Assembly (NCBI GenBank): GCA_046046915.1
Contig: JBJOIT010000007.1
Span: 2,214 to 66,213 of the forward strand
Length of the DNA: 64,000 nucleotides
Direction of reading: 5' to 3'
Source of the DNA: Pseudomonadota bacterium
GTDB taxonomy: Bacteria; Pseudomonadota; Gammaproteobacteria; Burkholderiales; Burkholderiaceae_C
The notes beneath the pieces were generated by a model. The model searched no databases. It was not told the origin of the DNA and worked only from the letters and a program-made list of their open reading frames with translations. Made by a program: the position numbers and the translations under genes. Every line of letters starts with the position of its first letter. Positions within the stretch are counted from its first letter, which is position 1. Shown piece by piece: positions 63,775 to 64,000 of the stretch.

Positions 63775-64000
63775 ACCATGGCGTCGTCTGCGCCACCTCC
63801 GCCGATCACGATCTGGCCCTCTTCAGCCAGGCGCCGCACGGTCTTGAGAATTTCTTTCTGCTGCGCTTCCACCTCGGACAGACGCATCGGCCCGCGGGAC
63901 TCCAGGTCTTCGCGCAGCGTCTCGGCAGCGCGAGAGGACATATTGGACAGAATCTTCTCCTTGAGTTCGGGCTGCGCCCCCTTCAAGGCAACGATGAGCA
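63771..64000 (-). CDS. fliG: Flagellar motor switch protein FliG, C-terminal part (5' end outside window)
   Basis: The translated fragment MSSRAAETLREDLESRGPMRLSEVEAQQKEILKTVRRLAEEGQI is the conserved FliG C-terminal torque-generating domain. Confidence 0.9.
   Translation of the reverse strand, partial: LIVALKGAQPELKEKILSNMSSRAAETLREDLESRGPMRLSEVEAQQKEILKTVRRLAEEGQIVIGGGGADDAMV

Overview
High-GC chromosomal segment. Gene content and synteny (corC-lnt-glyQ-glyS-gmhB-plsC, liu genes, che/fli clusters) suggest a Burkholderiales/Comamonadaceae-like betaproteobacterium; this taxon call is an inference. The window is densely coding, and I found no rRNA, tRNA, CRISPR array, transposase or integrase.

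Layout:
- 1-7.6 kb: a multiply disrupted CBS/DUF294 nucleotidyltransferase gene, transporters and small genes.
- 7.3-31.4 kb: a leucine/isovalerate (liu) catabolic regulon split into three loci, liuE-ybaK-DUF1289, liuB-liuD-dehydrogenase and liuR-paaI-liuA-can-thiolase-ACAD. Two exact copies of a palindromic LiuR-type operator are present. Unrelated modules interrupt the regulon: a metallophosphoesterase plus Ser/Thr-kinase-USP pair, a Pat-like acetyltransferase, a fasciclin gene, TerC, and a LysR-controlled HPF-like/BI-1/Zn-ribbon/SbtA-like operon.
- 32.5-37 kb: the most interesting locus. A minimal CPBP-family intramembrane protease is divergent from two large secreted repeat proteins (a BNR propeller and a Pmp-like beta-helix). 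Both end in the same GGGCTV-PNA-FDP / TM helix / RRR tail. I read this as a candidate dedicated C-terminal sorting system (MYXO-CTERM/JDVT-CTERM-like) that is experimentally uncharacterised as far as I know.
- 37-47 kb: housekeeping genes (antiporter-like paralog, plsC, gmhB, glyQS, lnt, corC).
- 47.5-53.8 kb: chemotaxis operon (CheZ-like, cheY-A-W-R-D-B) with no MCP gene.
- 53.8-55.6 kb: a REC-HisKA_3 kinase with a NarL-type regulator.
- 55.6-64 kb: flagellar export/switch genes fliR to fliG.

The many long ORFs antisense to real genes are high-GC artefacts. All functional calls rest on motif and family recognition by eye; no searches were run.
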